This document shows, one piece after another, positions 1 to 10,988 of a DNA stretch of 64,000 nt (positions are counted from its first letter, which is position 1; each line of letters starts with the position of its first letter). Position numbers and translations under genes: made by a program. Source of the DNA: Minisyncoccota bacterium (GTDB lineage Bacteria; Patescibacteriota; Minisyncoccia; Phycocordibacterales; UBA1006); assembly GCA_036405175.1 (NCBI GenBank), contig DASWYC010000002.1, positions 403,714 to 467,713 of the forward strand, given 5' to 3'. The notes below the pieces were generated by a model. That model was not told the origin of the DNA and searched no databases. It saw only the letters and a program-made list of their open reading frames with translations.

Positions 1-2633
1 ATGTGTCCGCCACCAACTCCTCCTTCTGGTCCAAAATCAATCAGGTAGTCTGAACACTTAACCATATCCAAGTTGTGCTCAATTAAAATCACTGAGTTTC
101 CTCGGTCCACTAATCGATTCAAAATACCAATAAGTGTCTTAACGTCATCAAAGTGAAGCCCAACGGTTGGTTCATCCAAAAGATAAATTGATTTTTGCGT
201 CATCGGTAAATAGAGCTCTGAGGCGATCTTTACACGCTGAGATTCTCCTCCGGAAAGCGTATTAGCGGTTTGTCCAAGCTTAATATATGACAATCCAACA
301 TCAACAAGCGTTCGCATACGATCTGCAATTGCAGGAATATCTTTAAAGAATTCATACGCCTCCTCAATAGTCATTTCCAAAATATCGTGAACATTCTTTC
401 CTTTGTATTTAACTTTCAATGTTTCTTTATCAAAACGCTTTCCACCACAAATATCACACTGAACATACACGGTTGGTAAAAAGTGCATTTCAACGGCAAT
501 CTCCCCACGTCCTTCACAGGTCTCACAGCGTCCTCCTTTCACATTGAATGAGAATCGATTTGGCTTCCATCCGCGAATCTTTGCTTCTTCAGTATTTGAA
601 TACAGATCGCGCACAAACGTCCATGCTCCTGTATAGGTTGCCGGATTACTACGTGGTGTTCGTCCAATCTGAGATTGATCAACCATCACCACACGTGAAA
701 TTCCGTTGTCACCAACAAACTGCTCACAATGAACAGGTTTAATTGAACGATACTTGCGATCATAGCGATTCAACAAATTGCGGTGCAAAATTTCATATAG
801 GAACGTAGATTTTCCAGATCCAGAAACTCCAGTAATGGTCACCAAGCGCCCCAACGGAATATCAACGGAAAGACCTTTAATGTTGTGGAGCCGTGCACCT
901 TTTATAGAAATCACTCCCTTGTCCGTAGTACGGCGCTTATCAGGAACATCAATAGTTTCTTCGCCACGCAAATAAGCAAGCGTGAGTGACTTGGTATGAT
1001 TTGTTTTTGCTTCAAGAAGCGGCTGCAAATCTCCCATTGCAATTACGTTTCCTCCATGTACTCCTGCGCCTGGTCCAATGTCGATAATATAGTCAGAAGC
1101 AAAGACAGTGTCTTCATCATGCTCAACCACAATAATAGTGTTTCCAAGATCTCTCAGATCGGTGAGCGTCTTAATGAGTTTTGCATTGTCGCGTTGGTGA
1201 AGTCCAATGGTTGGCTCATCCAAAACATAGAGTGCTCCCACCAATTTAGAACCAAGCTGACTCGCTAAACGAATACGCTGTGCTTCTCCTCCAGACAAGG
1301 TATTCGCGCGACGATTCAAGGTAAGATACTCAAGTCCAACATCAAGTAAGAATTGAAGGCGTGACTCAATCTCATTCAAAAGCGGATCTGCAATTTCTCT
1401 ATCCTTAGGTGAGAGCTCAAGATTTAATACAAAGTCGTGAGCATCTTCAACAGAAAGATTGGTAAAATCAAAAATATTAATTCCTGGTTTTTTCCAATTG
1501 GTTGCATCTTCTGGTGGAAACTGTTCAAATTCTGAAAGTGATTTTTGAAGCTTGATATATTGTGCGTGATCACCCATCATCACAAAGAGAGCTTCTTGGC
1601 GTAAACGTGCACCTTTACATACTTTACAATCCTCATCATGTTCATTACCAAAAAGCGCCTTCTTTCCAAGACCATGACATTCTGGACATGCTCCGTACGG
1701 ACTATTAAACGAGAAGAGGCGAGGCTCAATTTCTGGGAATGAAAATCCGTCCTCTGGACACACCAACTTTGCAGAAAAGGTAGTCTCACGTTTTTGATCA
1801 TCAGTTCCATCAAGTTTTCCAATGATAACCTTCACGAGTCCTTCAGTTTCTTGAATGGCACGTTCGAGCGCTTCACGGGTACGCATTAAAAACTCTTTTT
1901 CATTTCCCTGCAAATCGTTCACATCGATAATGTCACTCACAATATCAATATCGTGTGGCTTGGTTTTAGTGAGTTCAACGCGTTCACGCAAACTTTTCAT
2001 CTCACCATCAATATATGCAAAAGAATATCCACGATTCAAATAGTCATAGAGAAGTTGATAGTATTCCCCTTTGCGCCCACGAACCACCGGTGCCAAAATT
2101 GCAACTTGCGCATCTGAAAGTGAAATCCCAAGAATCTCTTTTCCTTTTTTGGTGCCGAGTTCTTTTTTAATCGTTTCGATGATTGAATTAACAATCTCAT
2201 CGTTCGACATTCGTCTGATTTCATTTCCAGAGATTGGTGAATACGGTTTTCCAACACGTGCATAGAGGACACGAAGGTAATCATAAATTTCCGTAATCGT
2301 TGCAACGGTTGAACGTGGATTGTTTGAACGAGACTTTTGATCAATAGAAATTGCAGGAGAAAGTCCGCTGATTTCATCAACATCAGGACGCTGCATCTGC
2401 TCCAAGAATTGGCGAGCATACGCAGAAAGAGACTCAACGTAGCGACGTTGACCTTCGGCAAAAATGGTATCAAATGCAAGTGATGACTTCCCTGATCCTG
2501 AACGACCGGTAATAGCAATCATCTTTCCGCGCGGCATTTCTACGCTAATATTTTTAAGATTGTGGGTGCGAGCACCCTTGACCACAATCTTATTTACGGG
2601 CTGTTTTTCAATTTTCACAACTTTCTTTGACAT
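1..2633 (-). CDS. uvrA: Excinuclease ABC subunit A (UvrA), 3'-partial (continues beyond window start)
   Basis: Manual minus-strand translation from ATG at 2631-2633 gives '[77 protein letters not shown]...'. Walker A, the UvrA zinc-finger 'CPECHGLGK', the ABC signature and a second ATPase domain '[11 protein letters not shown]' are present. The six-frame track omitted it only because no stop lies inside the window. Confidence 0.95.
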   Translation of the reverse strand, partial: MSKKVVKIEKQPVNKIVVKGARTHNLKNISVEMPRGKMIAITGRSGSGKSSLAFDTIFAEGQRRYVESLSAYARQFLEQMQRPDVDEISGLSPAISIDQKSRSNNPRSTVATITEIYDYLRVLYARVGKPYSPISGNEIRRMSNDEIVNSIIETIKKELGTKKGKEILGISLSDAQVAILAPVVRGRKGEYYQLLYDYLNRGYSFAYIDGEMKSLRERVELTKTKPHDIDIVSDIIDVNDLQGNEKEFLMRTREALERAIQETEGLVKVIIGKLDGTDDQKRETTFSAKLVCPEDGFSFPEIEPRLFSFNSPYGACPECHGLGKKALFGNEHDEDCKVCKGARLRQEALFVMMGDHAQYIKLQKSLSEFEQFPPEDATNWKKPGINIFDFTNLSVEDAHDFVLNLELSPKDREIADPLLNEIESRLQFLLDVGLEYLTLNRRANTLSGGEAQRIRLASQLGSKLVGALYVLDEPTIGLHQRDNAKLIKTLTDLRDLGNTIIVVEHDEDTVFASDYIIDIGPGAGVHGGNVIAMGDLQPLLEAKTNHTKSLTLAYLRGEETIDVPDKRRTTDKGVISIKGARLHNIKGLSVDIPLGRLVTITGVSGSGKSTFLYEILHRNLLNRYDRKYRSIKPVHCEQFVGDNGISRVVMVDQSQIGRTPRSNPATYTGAWTFVRDLYSNTEEAKIRGWKPNRFSFNVKGGRCETCEGRGEIAVEMHFLPTVYVQCDICGGKRFDKETLKVKYKGKNVHDILEMTIEEAYEFFKDIPAIADRMRTLVDVGLSYIKLGQTANTLSGGESQRVKIASELYLPMTQKSIYLLDEPTVGLHFDDVKTLIGILNRLVDRGNSVILIEHNLDMVKCSDYLIDFGPEGGVGGGH

Positions 2634-2727
2634 CACCTTAGTGTACCGTAGATTAGTTTTTTGGCAAAGTAAAAAGCCCAACCCATATTCGTGATTTGGA
2701 TTGGACTCTTGGACTTTTTCAGTAATT

Positions 2728-3465
2728 CTATACTTCGTAAAAAACGCTAACTAATCTTAATGGTCTGACTACGCTATTACTTTTACGCTTCGTCAGAACT
2801 TTAGAAATGTTACCTTCTGGAGTAACTCCTATCTCACACAAATTAGGTAAAAGTGAAAATGTACCGTAATTGAAGCAAGTATTATCAAAAGCTAACATAG
2901 CTCTAATCTCGAAACCCCCTCCTTTTTTAAAAGATTGAACAAGCCTCAAGTTATCAAAGGAGCTATATCCGACAACTTCATATCCCTTCAATAAAATATT
3001 GCCGGCATCACCACTAGCAATAAGAAGGTTAAATAATAAACTTTGTAGCCCTGGGCCCACAATGCCATTTTGCTTTTGAATAATTTTTTCATGCAACGCA
3101 TTTAAATTATTACATCCTCCTTGTAATCCAGTAGGTAAAAGCTTAATTATAAATGAACGTCCTTGCAATTCTGATATAACAGGTATTTCACGCCTTTCAT
3201 AGAATTCTACGGTCTTCTTATAATCAGAGTTACCCTTAAGATCATACAGGGGAGTATCAACTGAACATGCAGATTTAAATAATCTTGTTGGATTATTCTT
3301 AAACATTCGATCTACAATCCTCTCTTTTCCATACCATTCTGGAATTTTAAAAATACGATTAAAAATTTCATAATCAGGAAATAAATCTTTGTTTATTTCC
3401 TCTTTTTTGCCTGATAAATTTAACCCCCTATCGGCTAACTTCGTTGATTTCAGTGCTGTTCTCAT
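2728..3465 (-). CDS. Hypothetical protein (245 aa), no recognisable domain
   Basis: Intact ORF between uvrA and uvrB in very AT-rich DNA. I recognise no conserved motifs. Confidence 0.5.
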   Translation of the reverse strand: MRTALKSTKLADRGLNLSGKKEEINKDLFPDYEIFNRIFKIPEWYGKERIVDRMFKNNPTRLFKSACSVDTPLYDLKGNSDYKKTVEFYERREIPVISELQGRSFIIKLLPTGLQGGCNNLNALHEKIIQKQNGIVGPGLQSLLFNLLIASGDAGNILLKGYEVVGYSSFDNLRLVQSFKKGGGFEIRAMLAFDNTCFNYGTFSLLPNLCEIGVTPEGNISKVLTKRKSNSVVRPLRLVSVFYEV

Positions 3466-3595
3466 CTCTTTTTAATTAAAAGTGGAAGAAAAAATATCTT
3501 TAGGTAAGTTATCTAGTTTTAAAGGTTGGTTTCTTTATTATTACCCTTCTTCATACAGCCTGTCAACGTGTTAATATCCATATCCTCATAAAACA

Positions 3596-3623
3596 TTGAC
3601 AAAACAACGATTTTATATAGAAT
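3596..3623 (+). promoter_or_regulatory. Sigma70-like promoter for the 3651 gene
   Basis: TTGACA (3596-3601), 16-nt spacer, TAGAAT (3618-3623), about 28 nt upstream of the ATG at 3651. Confidence 0.4.
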
Positions 3624-3650
3624 TGGGTCAAACCTTAAACAAAGTTTGCG

Positions 3651-4283
3651 ATGAAAAATATCATATTCTTATTAATTACTTTCTTACCCTTTTTAAGTAA
3701 CGGGCAGTATTCTTTTATTGAAATTCAGGGTGGATACCCAAAACTCCCACTTTCAATACTTGGAGCATACACGACACCGCCGTCAAAAGATAACATTATT
3801 CTCTCGACTCTCGGTTTGGTGAATGAGAAAAGTATCTGGCTAACAGCCTCCCCAAGCTGGTACATATTAAATTCAAGAAACAGCTTGGTTATGACCATAG
3901 GGGCTGGTGCAGGTGTTCATTATAATCAAATCATTAGAGACGTTCATCCTCATGTTGAATTCTTGACCTCAGGGGTAAAGTCTCAGGGATGTCTTAGGCC
4001 TGAACATGAATTTACCTGGGACATAAGAATTGACTTAGGCTTGGATGGAGACTATTGGCACATGATCAACATAGGCATTCAAACAAAAAGGTGGTTTAGG
4101 CTTACCTTTTACAGCCAAACCAAACTGTTTACAGGCCCACGTATAGATTTGAATTACAAATTCATGTCTTTTTGGGCAGGAGCCGGTATTAGCAAAGATT
4201 TATTTAAAAACATCCCATTAGCCGCAGGATTCCGTCTGACTCCTGGGATATATAAGAATAATCAAAAAGTTTTACCATTTTAA
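3651..4283 (+). CDS. Hypothetical secreted protein (210 aa) with an N-terminal signal peptide
   Basis: N-terminus 'MKNIIFLLITFLPFLSNGQ' is signal-peptide-like. Gly/Ala-rich patches ('TIGAGAGVHY', 'FWAGAGISK'). Has its own promoter. Confidence 0.55.
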   Translation: MKNIIFLLITFLPFLSNGQYSFIEIQGGYPKLPLSILGAYTTPPSKDNIILSTLGLVNEKSIWLTASPSWYILNSRNSLVMTIGAGAGVHYNQIIRDVHPHVEFLTSGVKSQGCLRPEHEFTWDIRIDLGLDGDYWHMINIGIQTKRWFRLTFYSQTKLFTGPRIDLNYKFMSFWAGAGISKDLFKNIPLAAGFRLTPGIYKNNQKVLPF

Positions 4284-4323
4284 GAAAATAAAAATGCGGA
4301 CATCTTGAGATATCCGCATTTTT

Positions 4324-6435
4324 TTATCTCATCCCTTTTATCTTTTTTGGCTTCTTTTCACCTGTAATAGCATCAGCATTCTTTTTTGATCGTCCAAGTT
4401 TTTTAGTAAGCTGAGTAATATCAGCGCCCGCCATTTTTGCTCTGATTAAATTAATTTCATCTCTGATCATCGCAGCTGTTTCAAAATCCAACTGCTCAAC
4501 CGCTTCTTCCATTTGAGACGTTTTAAACGTCACCAATTCTTCCATATCACCTCCATATACTTTTACATCTTCTTCCAATTCACGTGCCAATGCTTTATCG
4601 CGCTCGCTCTTAAGCTTATCGGTAATATCTTTAATAGATTTTTTAATCGTGGTTGGCGTAATGCCATGTTCAGTATTATATGCCTCCTGCAAACCACGGC
4701 GACGGCGTGTTTCAAAAATTGCTCGTTCCATTGAACCTGTAATATGATTTGCATACAAGAGTACTCGTCCCTCACTGTTACGCGCAGCACGTCCGATCAC
4801 CTGAATGAGTGCCGTTTCTGATCGCAAAAATCCTTCCTTATCGGCATCAAGAATTCCAATCAAGGTTACCTCGGGAAGATCAAGTCCTTCACGCAAAAGG
4901 TTAACTCCTACCAAACAATCAAACTCTCCGCGACGAAGCCGTGACAAAATTTCAATACGCTCAATCGTTTCAATATCACTATGCAAGTACTCTGCCTTCA
5001 TGCCGCGATCTTTCAAATACAATGCCAAATCCTCTGCCATCTTTTTGGTGAGCGTTGTTGCAAGTACACGATTTCCTTTTTCAATTTCTCTAACAGCCTC
5101 ATCAATAAAGTCATGCACCTGACCTTTATAGGTTGCCGTTTCATCGATCGGACGAACTTCCAAAAGCGGATCAAGCAGACCGGTTGGACGAATCAACTGC
5201 TCAGCAATATATGATGAGTGTTCACGCTCAAACGGCCCCGGTGTTGCAGACACATAAATACGTTGACCGATAGTTTTTTCAAATTCTTCAAATCTAAGCG
5301 GACGATTATCAAGTGCAGACGGCAAACGGAAACCGTGCTCAACAAGAGACTCTTTACGAGAACGGTCACCTGCATACATACCACGTACTTGCGGAATGGT
5401 TACATGAGATTCATCAATTACCGTTAAGAACTTTGGCTTCCCATTTTTATCACGAGGAAAATATGAGATCAATGTTTCTGGCGCTTCTCCAGGAAGTTTT
5501 CCAGAAAGATGACGTGAATAGTTTTCAATACCTTGGCAAAATCCAAACTCGCGGATCATAGCCATGTCATATGTGGTGCGACGCTTCAAGCGTTCAGCCT
5601 CCAATAACTTTCCTTCATCTAAAAGCTCTTGCACGCGTAATGTCATCTCTTCTTCAATTGCTTTAAGTGCGCGATTGCGTTCATCTTCCGCAACCAAGTG
5701 GTGCTTTGCTGGGAAGATAACAATTTCATCAGGCACGCGCACGATTGATGATGATACTGGATCAATCACTAATACCTCTGCAATTTTTGAACCAATCCAC
5801 GTAATTGCGTAGATGATTTTTTCTGACATCGGCATAATTTCCAATTTTGCACCAATAGCCCGGAAGTGTCCTGGCTTCAAATCAACATTGGTACGTTCAT
5901 AATGAACACGAATCAGATAGGTTAACAGATCGGTACGAGAAACCGTATCGCCAACTTTAATGGTTCGATATTGTTCTTTATATTCCTCTGGCGATCCCAG
6001 TCCATAAATGCAAGAAACCGATGCAACAATAATCACATCATTTCTTGTGAGCAAAGATTGTGTTGAAGCATGACGAAGACGATCAATCTCCTCATTAATC
6101 TGTGCATCTTTTTCAATATACGTATCGGTTACAGAAATATATGCCTCTGGCTGATAGTAGTCGTAGTAACTTACAAAATAGTGAACCTCGTTTTCCGGGA
6201 AGAATTCTTTAAACTCCTGAGCAAGCTGAGCTGCCAATGTTTTATTATGGGCAATAACTAGCGTTGGCATTTGCAGTTCCTGAATCACATTAGCCACGGT
6301 AAATGTTTTACCTGAACCGGTAACCCCCAACAATGTCTGTTCTTTGGTGCCACTATTAATACCCTCAACCAATTTCCCAATTGCCTGCGGCTGATCTCCT
6401 GATGGTTTGTATTCGCTTGTGAGTTTGAACTTCAT
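4324..6435 (-). CDS. uvrB: Excinuclease ABC subunit B (UvrB) with a Lys-rich C-terminal extension
   Basis: 'SGDQPQAI..L..G...GEKEQTLLGVTGSGKTFTVANVI', helicase motifs and the C-terminal UVR domain 'EEAVEQLDFETAAMIRDEINLIRAKM'. An extra tail of about 40 aa 'KKLGRSKKNADAITGEKKPKKIKGMR' follows. Confidence 0.95.
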   Translation of the reverse strand: MKFKLTSEYKPSGDQPQAIGKLVEGINSGTKEQTLLGVTGSGKTFTVANVIQELQMPTLVIAHNKTLAAQLAQEFKEFFPENEVHYFVSYYDYYQPEAYISVTDTYIEKDAQINEEIDRLRHASTQSLLTRNDVIIVASVSCIYGLGSPEEYKEQYRTIKVGDTVSRTDLLTYLIRVHYERTNVDLKPGHFRAIGAKLEIMPMSEKIIYAITWIGSKIAEVLVIDPVSSSIVRVPDEIVIFPAKHHLVAEDERNRALKAIEEEMTLRVQELLDEGKLLEAERLKRRTTYDMAMIREFGFCQGIENYSRHLSGKLPGEAPETLISYFPRDKNGKPKFLTVIDESHVTIPQVRGMYAGDRSRKESLVEHGFRLPSALDNRPLRFEEFEKTIGQRIYVSATPGPFEREHSSYIAEQLIRPTGLLDPLLEVRPIDETATYKGQVHDFIDEAVREIEKGNRVLATTLTKKMAEDLALYLKDRGMKAEYLHSDIETIERIEILSRLRRGEFDCLVGVNLLREGLDLPEVTLIGILDADKEGFLRSETALIQVIGRAARNSEGRVLLYANHITGSMERAIFETRRRRGLQEAYNTEHGITPTTIKKSIKDITDKLKSERDKALARELEEDVKVYGGDMEELVTFKTSQMEEAVEQLDFETAAMIRDEINLIRAKMAGADITQLTKKLGRSKKNADAITGEKKPKKIKGMR

Positions 6436-6477
6436 CTTTACAGGATAGCAAACTTATTTATTCTATTCAACAACACA

Positions 6478-6503
6478 AAAACACACTGATTGCAGTGTGT
6501 TTT
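6478..6503 (-). terminator. Rho-independent terminator after the 6510..7727 gene
   Basis: Stem ACACACTG/CAGTGTGT with loop ATTG, extended by A/T pairs. The minus sense reads hairpin then TTTTTGTGTTG. Confidence 0.5.
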
Positions 6504-6509
6504 ATCCGA

Positions 6510-7727
6510 TTACGGAAGACAGTTTTGATAAATAGCACTTATGGCATGTCCAGTGATATCAAAATTATAGATAGCTCGATTATCATAGGTATTACTACTA
6601 TTCTTCTTTTCAGAAAGATTCTTTTTTACATGTTCCGAGAATAATCCTAGATTAGAAGCTATACTATTCAGATGTCCATCACTGCCATGAGTACAGACAT
6701 AGTACTGTGTTGCATAATTTGTTCTCACTGACCTCAGCTTGTTACTTACATTAAGATAGTGATCATTTACACCTGGTTTCCAATTTGGATTTTCCGTAAG
6801 AATGTCCACAGTAAGCCACAGCGTTAAATCATGGGTTTCTGCGCGATTATCAGCAAATTGCACGATTGACCCAGGAGTATTTTTGAAAGTTTCTACTTTG
6901 AGATTTTTAAAATACGTATCCACATCAATACCGTTTACCGTAATCTTCACATCTTCAATGGTTGGGAATTGCGTAAGAGTGAGTTTAACCTGCTGCTTGA
7001 GCATTTCCACCGAATCACAACCGATAATATTAAACCATGTTTCAACCGACAGTTGCTTAAAATCAATGTTTGCAACTTTGTTTTTAATAGTGATTGATTT
7101 GATTTTTGAGTCAATCCCCATAAAATTGTAACCATCTCGAAGATCGCTATCAGCATCGTTATTAATAAGTGTTTCAAGGGCTTGTCTGGCGATACCAGTT
7201 GTATATGGTCTTTCTGTTGCAGAGGCGGCCCAAAATTTTTCTGCACAAACAGGTGCTGGTTCAGCATCATCAAATAAATACACCTTAAACGAGTTTGTTT
7301 TTGCATTAATTACGAATGAACTCATCAGCTTGTTTGATACTCTAAATACCTTGTTATCTTTCTGAAATAAATAGACACGATCATTTTGCTGAGCATCTAG
7401 ACTCTTCTTACGATACTCTTTAATGATGGTTGCACCTTTTTTCTTTGCCCCAACATATTGCATATCGTCATCAATACCAAAATCTTGGTTATGATATGCC
7501 AAACTGGCATCATATGCTATTACTGATTCATTAATTGATGGGAATACATACTCTGCGGTATAACCACCTCCTTCGGGGATGATCTTGCGAACCTCTGCAC
7601 AAGCATCATATTTAACGGTGAATGGTCCGACATTACATGTTTTTGCATCAGCAAATATCAATTGGGAGCCAACGCCAAAAGAAGCAATTACTATTAAGGC
7701 TATTAAAAACTTTTGAGGTAATTTCAT
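6510..7727 (-). CDS. Secreted protein (405 aa), possibly GerMN-like fold
   Basis: Signal peptide 'MKLPQKFLIALIVIASFGVGSQLIFADA'. The GerMN assignment is tentative, from the 'TTGIARQALETLINND...' region only. Confidence 0.7.
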   Translation of the reverse strand: MKLPQKFLIALIVIASFGVGSQLIFADAKTCNVGPFTVKYDACAEVRKIIPEGGGYTAEYVFPSINESVIAYDASLAYHNQDFGIDDDMQYVGAKKKGATIIKEYRKKSLDAQQNDRVYLFQKDNKVFRVSNKLMSSFVINAKTNSFKVYLFDDAEPAPVCAEKFWAASATERPYTTGIARQALETLINNDADSDLRDGYNFMGIDSKIKSITIKNKVANIDFKQLSVETWFNIIGCDSVEMLKQQVKLTLTQFPTIEDVKITVNGIDVDTYFKNLKVETFKNTPGSIVQFADNRAETHDLTLWLTVDILTENPNWKPGVNDHYLNVSNKLRSVRTNYATQYYVCTHGSDGHLNSIASNLGLFSEHVKKNLSEKKNSSNTYDNRAIYNFDITGHAISAIYQNCLP

Positions 7728-7733
7728 ATCTTA

Positions 7734-7762
7734 ATAATAGAGCGTGAATTGACAAGAGTCAA
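7734..7762 (-). promoter_or_regulatory. Promoter for the 6510..7727 gene
   Basis: Minus sense TTGACT-17 nt-TATTAT, ending about 6 nt before the start codon at 7727 (short leader). Confidence 0.35.
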
Positions 7763-7847
7763 TTTATAATTTCCACTATAGCTCTTTCTCCCCAACTATC
7801 TATTATTTATTTTTATTTCATGAAATTTATGATAGGCTGAAGGAAAT

Positions 7848-8123
7848 TTGGTGTTATTTTTTTACAAACTAAATCAGTTAAAACTCATGAAAAGACTCGT
7901 AATAAAAGTCTTACGCCTGGGAGCAGATGGTTCTCCTCCAGTGGCCGTCACCATTACATCTCCACCTATCTGGAAACCAGAACAAGGTGAGATGGTTTGT
8001 TCGATTGAAGAACCGGACAAAAGTATTAAAGAGATTCCTATGAAGGATCTCATATTGGAGACACAATTTACAACAATCGGTACTGCGCAGAATGGAAACT
8101 TTTTTGAACATCCCTACTTTTAG
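7848..8123 (+). CDS. Small hypothetical protein (up to 91 aa; possible start MKRLV at 7887)
   Basis: ORF followed immediately by a strong hairpin terminator at 8146..8180. No recognisable domain. Confidence 0.3.
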   Translation: MVLFFYKLNQLKLMKRLVIKVLRLGADGSPPVAVTITSPPIWKPEQGEMVCSIEEPDKSIKEIPMKDLILETQFTTIGTAQNGNFFEHPYF

Positions 8124-8145
8124 TGGCATTCTTTATTGCCCCGAA

Positions 8146-8180
8146 AAACGATACAGCTTCACTGCCCTATGTATCGTTTT
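8146..8180. terminator. Bidirectional hairpin terminator
   Basis: AAACGATACA ... TGTATCGTTT stem followed by TTTTTTATCTTT on plus strand. Lies between the plus-strand small ORF and the minus-strand HD gene. Confidence 0.5.
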
Positions 8181-8200
8181 TTTATCTTTATATTTTAAGA

Positions 8201-8779
8201 TTATGAGTTATCAAGCACCGACAAGAATTCAATCAAATTTTGCACATGCTCTTCAAGCGTAACACCCAGCTTTTCACATCCGTATTCAACATCTTCTCGT
8301 TTAATATTTGGCGCAAAGCCTTTGTCTTTGAGCTTTTTTAGTATTGATGACGCTTTAATATCCTTAAACGGAATCGTATTCATTTTTCTATATGCATAAA
8401 AGATTCCACAGATTTCATCGCACGCAATGAGCGCTGCTGCGATTTTTGTTTGCGGTTCAGTTGGGTAACCATTATATCCATAAGCATGCGCTTCAACAGC
8501 ATGAATTAATTCTTCTGGATATCCCCATTCTTTAAACCACTTTAAGGACTCGCCTGGGTGTTCATGGGGATGATTATAAAAATCAAGATCGTGGAGATAC
8601 CCAGCCATAAACCAAAGATGTGAATCTTCTCCAAATTTTTCACCATATCCTTCCATTGCCGTAGCCACCATGAGTGCATGGAGTTTTTGATATTCATCCT
8701 GAACGTGTTCTTGTAAAAGTTTTTGAGCTGCCTCTTTGGTCGGAAGGTTATAATTGGTCATATAGTTAACTGTACTCAA
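8201..8779 (-). CDS. HD-domain phosphohydrolase
   Basis: 'LWFMAGYLHDLDFYNHPHEH' His/Asp metal-binding motif typical of the HD superfamily. 192 aa. Confidence 0.8.
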   Translation of the reverse strand: MSTVNYMTNYNLPTKEAAQKLLQEHVQDEYQKLHALMVATAMEGYGEKFGEDSHLWFMAGYLHDLDFYNHPHEHPGESLKWFKEWGYPEELIHAVEAHAYGYNGYPTEPQTKIAAALIACDEICGIFYAYRKMNTIPFKDIKASSILKKLKDKGFAPNIKREDVEYGCEKLGVTLEEHVQNLIEFLSVLDNS

Positions 8780-8817
8780 AATCCTTCAAAAAGAAAAGTT
8801 CGTGTAGTCCAGAACTT

Positions 8818-9867
8818 TTATAAACACATATTAGCCCACTGTGTATGAATAGCTGCACGAGTTTTGGTTCCAACAACACCATCAGCAGCCAAACCTAACT
8901 TGCGTTGGAGTTTCATCACGGCTAGATGTGTACGGGCACCAAATGATCCGTCAATCTTATCTCCTGCAAGCAGACCCTCATGTGCGAGAATTTTCTGCAA
9001 AACAGTTACCTCTGCACCTCTAAACGACATGCGAAGACGTTGTGTTATATTTGGTTTTTCACATATCTTATTTTTTTCTGCACCAACTTCCTTTTGTATC
9101 TCTTCACCATCTTGAATAATAGTTCTTATAACACCTTCTCTATCATGGATTATATAGATTGGCACACGATTACTCTCACCTTGTGCGTTTATCACTGAAA
9201 CAAGATGAGAACCTTCAGGGATTATAGTAGCAGACGGTGGGCATATTTTTAGTGCACACGGTGCGTATGGACCCATAGGAACAGTAAATGTAATTGTCTT
9301 ACCGTCTGAGCTTAGATTATATTCAGGATTATTTTCAATATTAAAATTTCCAATTTTAATTCTATTTCCTTTTGGAGAAAATCCGCTTCCTGTAATCGTT
9401 GCAATCTCGCCTGGTTTAGCACTACCCGGAGTTACCGACGTGATCACAAGCGGAGTCACTTGCTCATAATTATTGGTAACCGTATACATTATTGAATTGC
9501 TTGTTCCATTTGCATTGGTGATTGCAATATTATATTGACCAGCACTCGTTAGATGAGTCCCAGATTCCACACAGCCAATATTTCCAGCTGCACATTTCAC
9601 ATGAAGAGGAATATTAAAAACGAGTGTCTTTTCGTCCGCTGAACTTGCGGTAATAGTATTAGCTCTTCCGTTTACATTACCAAATGTAATTTTATTATTA
9701 CGCGAAGTGAAACCTGATCCAGTTAATGTAACCATGGCACCTGGCATTCCAGAAGCCGGCTGTATAGAGTTGATCGCCGGAATACTTGATAGATCTCCCG
9801 CATAAACATGTGACGTAACGATTAACCCTCCAAGCACAATAGCTACTATACCAAGAAATCTCTTCAT
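8818..9867 (-). CDS. Secreted protein with two IPT/TIG-like repeats and a C-terminal peptidoglycan-binding domain
   Basis: Signal peptide. Repeats 'PGAMVTLTGSGFTSRNNKITFGN' and 'PGEIATITGSGFSPKGNRIKIGN'. C-terminus 'EVTVLQKILAHEGLLAGDKIDGSFGARTHLAVMKLQRKLGLAADGVVGTKTRAAI' matches the PG_binding_1 pattern. Confidence 0.75.
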   Translation of the reverse strand: MKRFLGIVAIVLGGLIVTSHVYAGDLSSIPAINSIQPASGMPGAMVTLTGSGFTSRNNKITFGNVNGRANTITASSADEKTLVFNIPLHVKCAAGNIGCVESGTHLTSAGQYNIAITNANGTSNSIMYTVTNNYEQVTPLVITSVTPGSAKPGEIATITGSGFSPKGNRIKIGNFNIENNPEYNLSSDGKTITFTVPMGPYAPCALKICPPSATIIPEGSHLVSVINAQGESNRVPIYIIHDREGVIRTIIQDGEEIQKEVGAEKNKICEKPNITQRLRMSFRGAEVTVLQKILAHEGLLAGDKIDGSFGARTHLAVMKLQRKLGLAADGVVGTKTRAAIHTQWANMCL

Positions 9868-9881
9868 ATATCCTAAGTATA

Positions 9882-10985
9882 CTATCTTATTAGCTCTAAA
9901 TTTGTTGTTGCCATCTTATGCTTTATTATCGAAAAATTTGCAGTTGCTGGCGCCTGATTAGTATCGAGCGTATGCATAAATCTCTTGGCAAGAACTTTTC
10001 TTTGACTATCATACAGGGTGAGACTAAATATACAGACATATGTTTGATATTTACGAATTCCTTTAAAGAAAAACCCACTGTATACTTCTTTGATTGAGTA
10101 ATATTGACATCTGTTGAGTGGAACACTTTTAGAAAATGGAAAGTGATAAAAGATTATTGACTCTGGAGTTATTCCAATTCCATAAGGAGTAATAATGTAG
10201 TCCATAACAAGCCAAATTAAGGATAAACCTCCGCACAGACGCCCGAACACATCTACTATCGGTTCAGTATTATGTACATAATATTTCATAAAAACATAGA
10301 ATCCCAGGACTATCAAAAGGGCAAAATTTGGAACAAAAAGACCTATTCCTCTTTGCACATATACTTCTCCTTGTTTTTGCTCAGTCGTCTGAATAAGTGC
10401 ATTTTTCATTCCGTTACTAAAATAGTAACGAGCAACTGCCTCTTCCCATATTTCCTTGTCAACGTACTTTCTTATACAATCAATAATCTTTTTTGCATTA
10501 TCTGAAACAAGATTGATTTGTAGAACTTTCTTGTGCGCATTAATCGTGAGTAGGCTAGAATGAGTATTAAAATTCATTTGCTGGATATCTTGCCAGAGTA
10601 CTTCTTTCTTATTCCCAAAAACTCCTGTTTTTATGATTTTTTGATCTGTACATAGAATTTTGTAGTTCAGAAGATACAATATGAGTAGAATCGCAAAAAC
10701 AGTGTAAAGAGCTCCAAAACCTAATATGATTATCGAATCACCCTCCATTATAGGATTTACTACGAATTTAAAACTAAAAATACAATAAGCCCCAGCCACA
10801 ACGAGTCCCGCAATAAACAACGCACCGCTCGCCTTAACTGCCACCCAATGCTTGGGCTTCTGAGGATGTTCTTGTTGTGGAGATTTAGATGTTCTAAGAA
10901 GTGCAGCCCCAAAACCCCAAACAACGCCAATAGATACAACAACACTTATTACTCGTGCTAGAGTTATTAAAGCTTGGATTTCCAT
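9882..10985 (-). CDS. Polytopic integral membrane protein, function unknown
   Basis: Multiple long hydrophobic segments in a 367-aa ORF. Confidence 0.7.
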   Translation of the reverse strand: MEIQALITLARVISVVVSIGVVWGFGAALLRTSKSPQQEHPQKPKHWVAVKASGALFIAGLVVAGAYCIFSFKFVVNPIMEGDSIIILGFGALYTVFAILLILYLLNYKILCTDQKIIKTGVFGNKKEVLWQDIQQMNFNTHSSLLTINAHKKVLQINLVSDNAKKIIDCIRKYVDKEIWEEAVARYYFSNGMKNALIQTTEQKQGEVYVQRGIGLFVPNFALLIVLGFYVFMKYYVHNTEPIVDVFGRLCGGLSLIWLVMDYIITPYGIGITPESIIFYHFPFSKSVPLNRCQYYSIKEVYSGFFFKGIRKYQTYVCIFSLTLYDSQRKVLAKRFMHTLDTNQAPATANFSIIKHKMATTNLELIR

Positions 10986-10988
10986 ATC

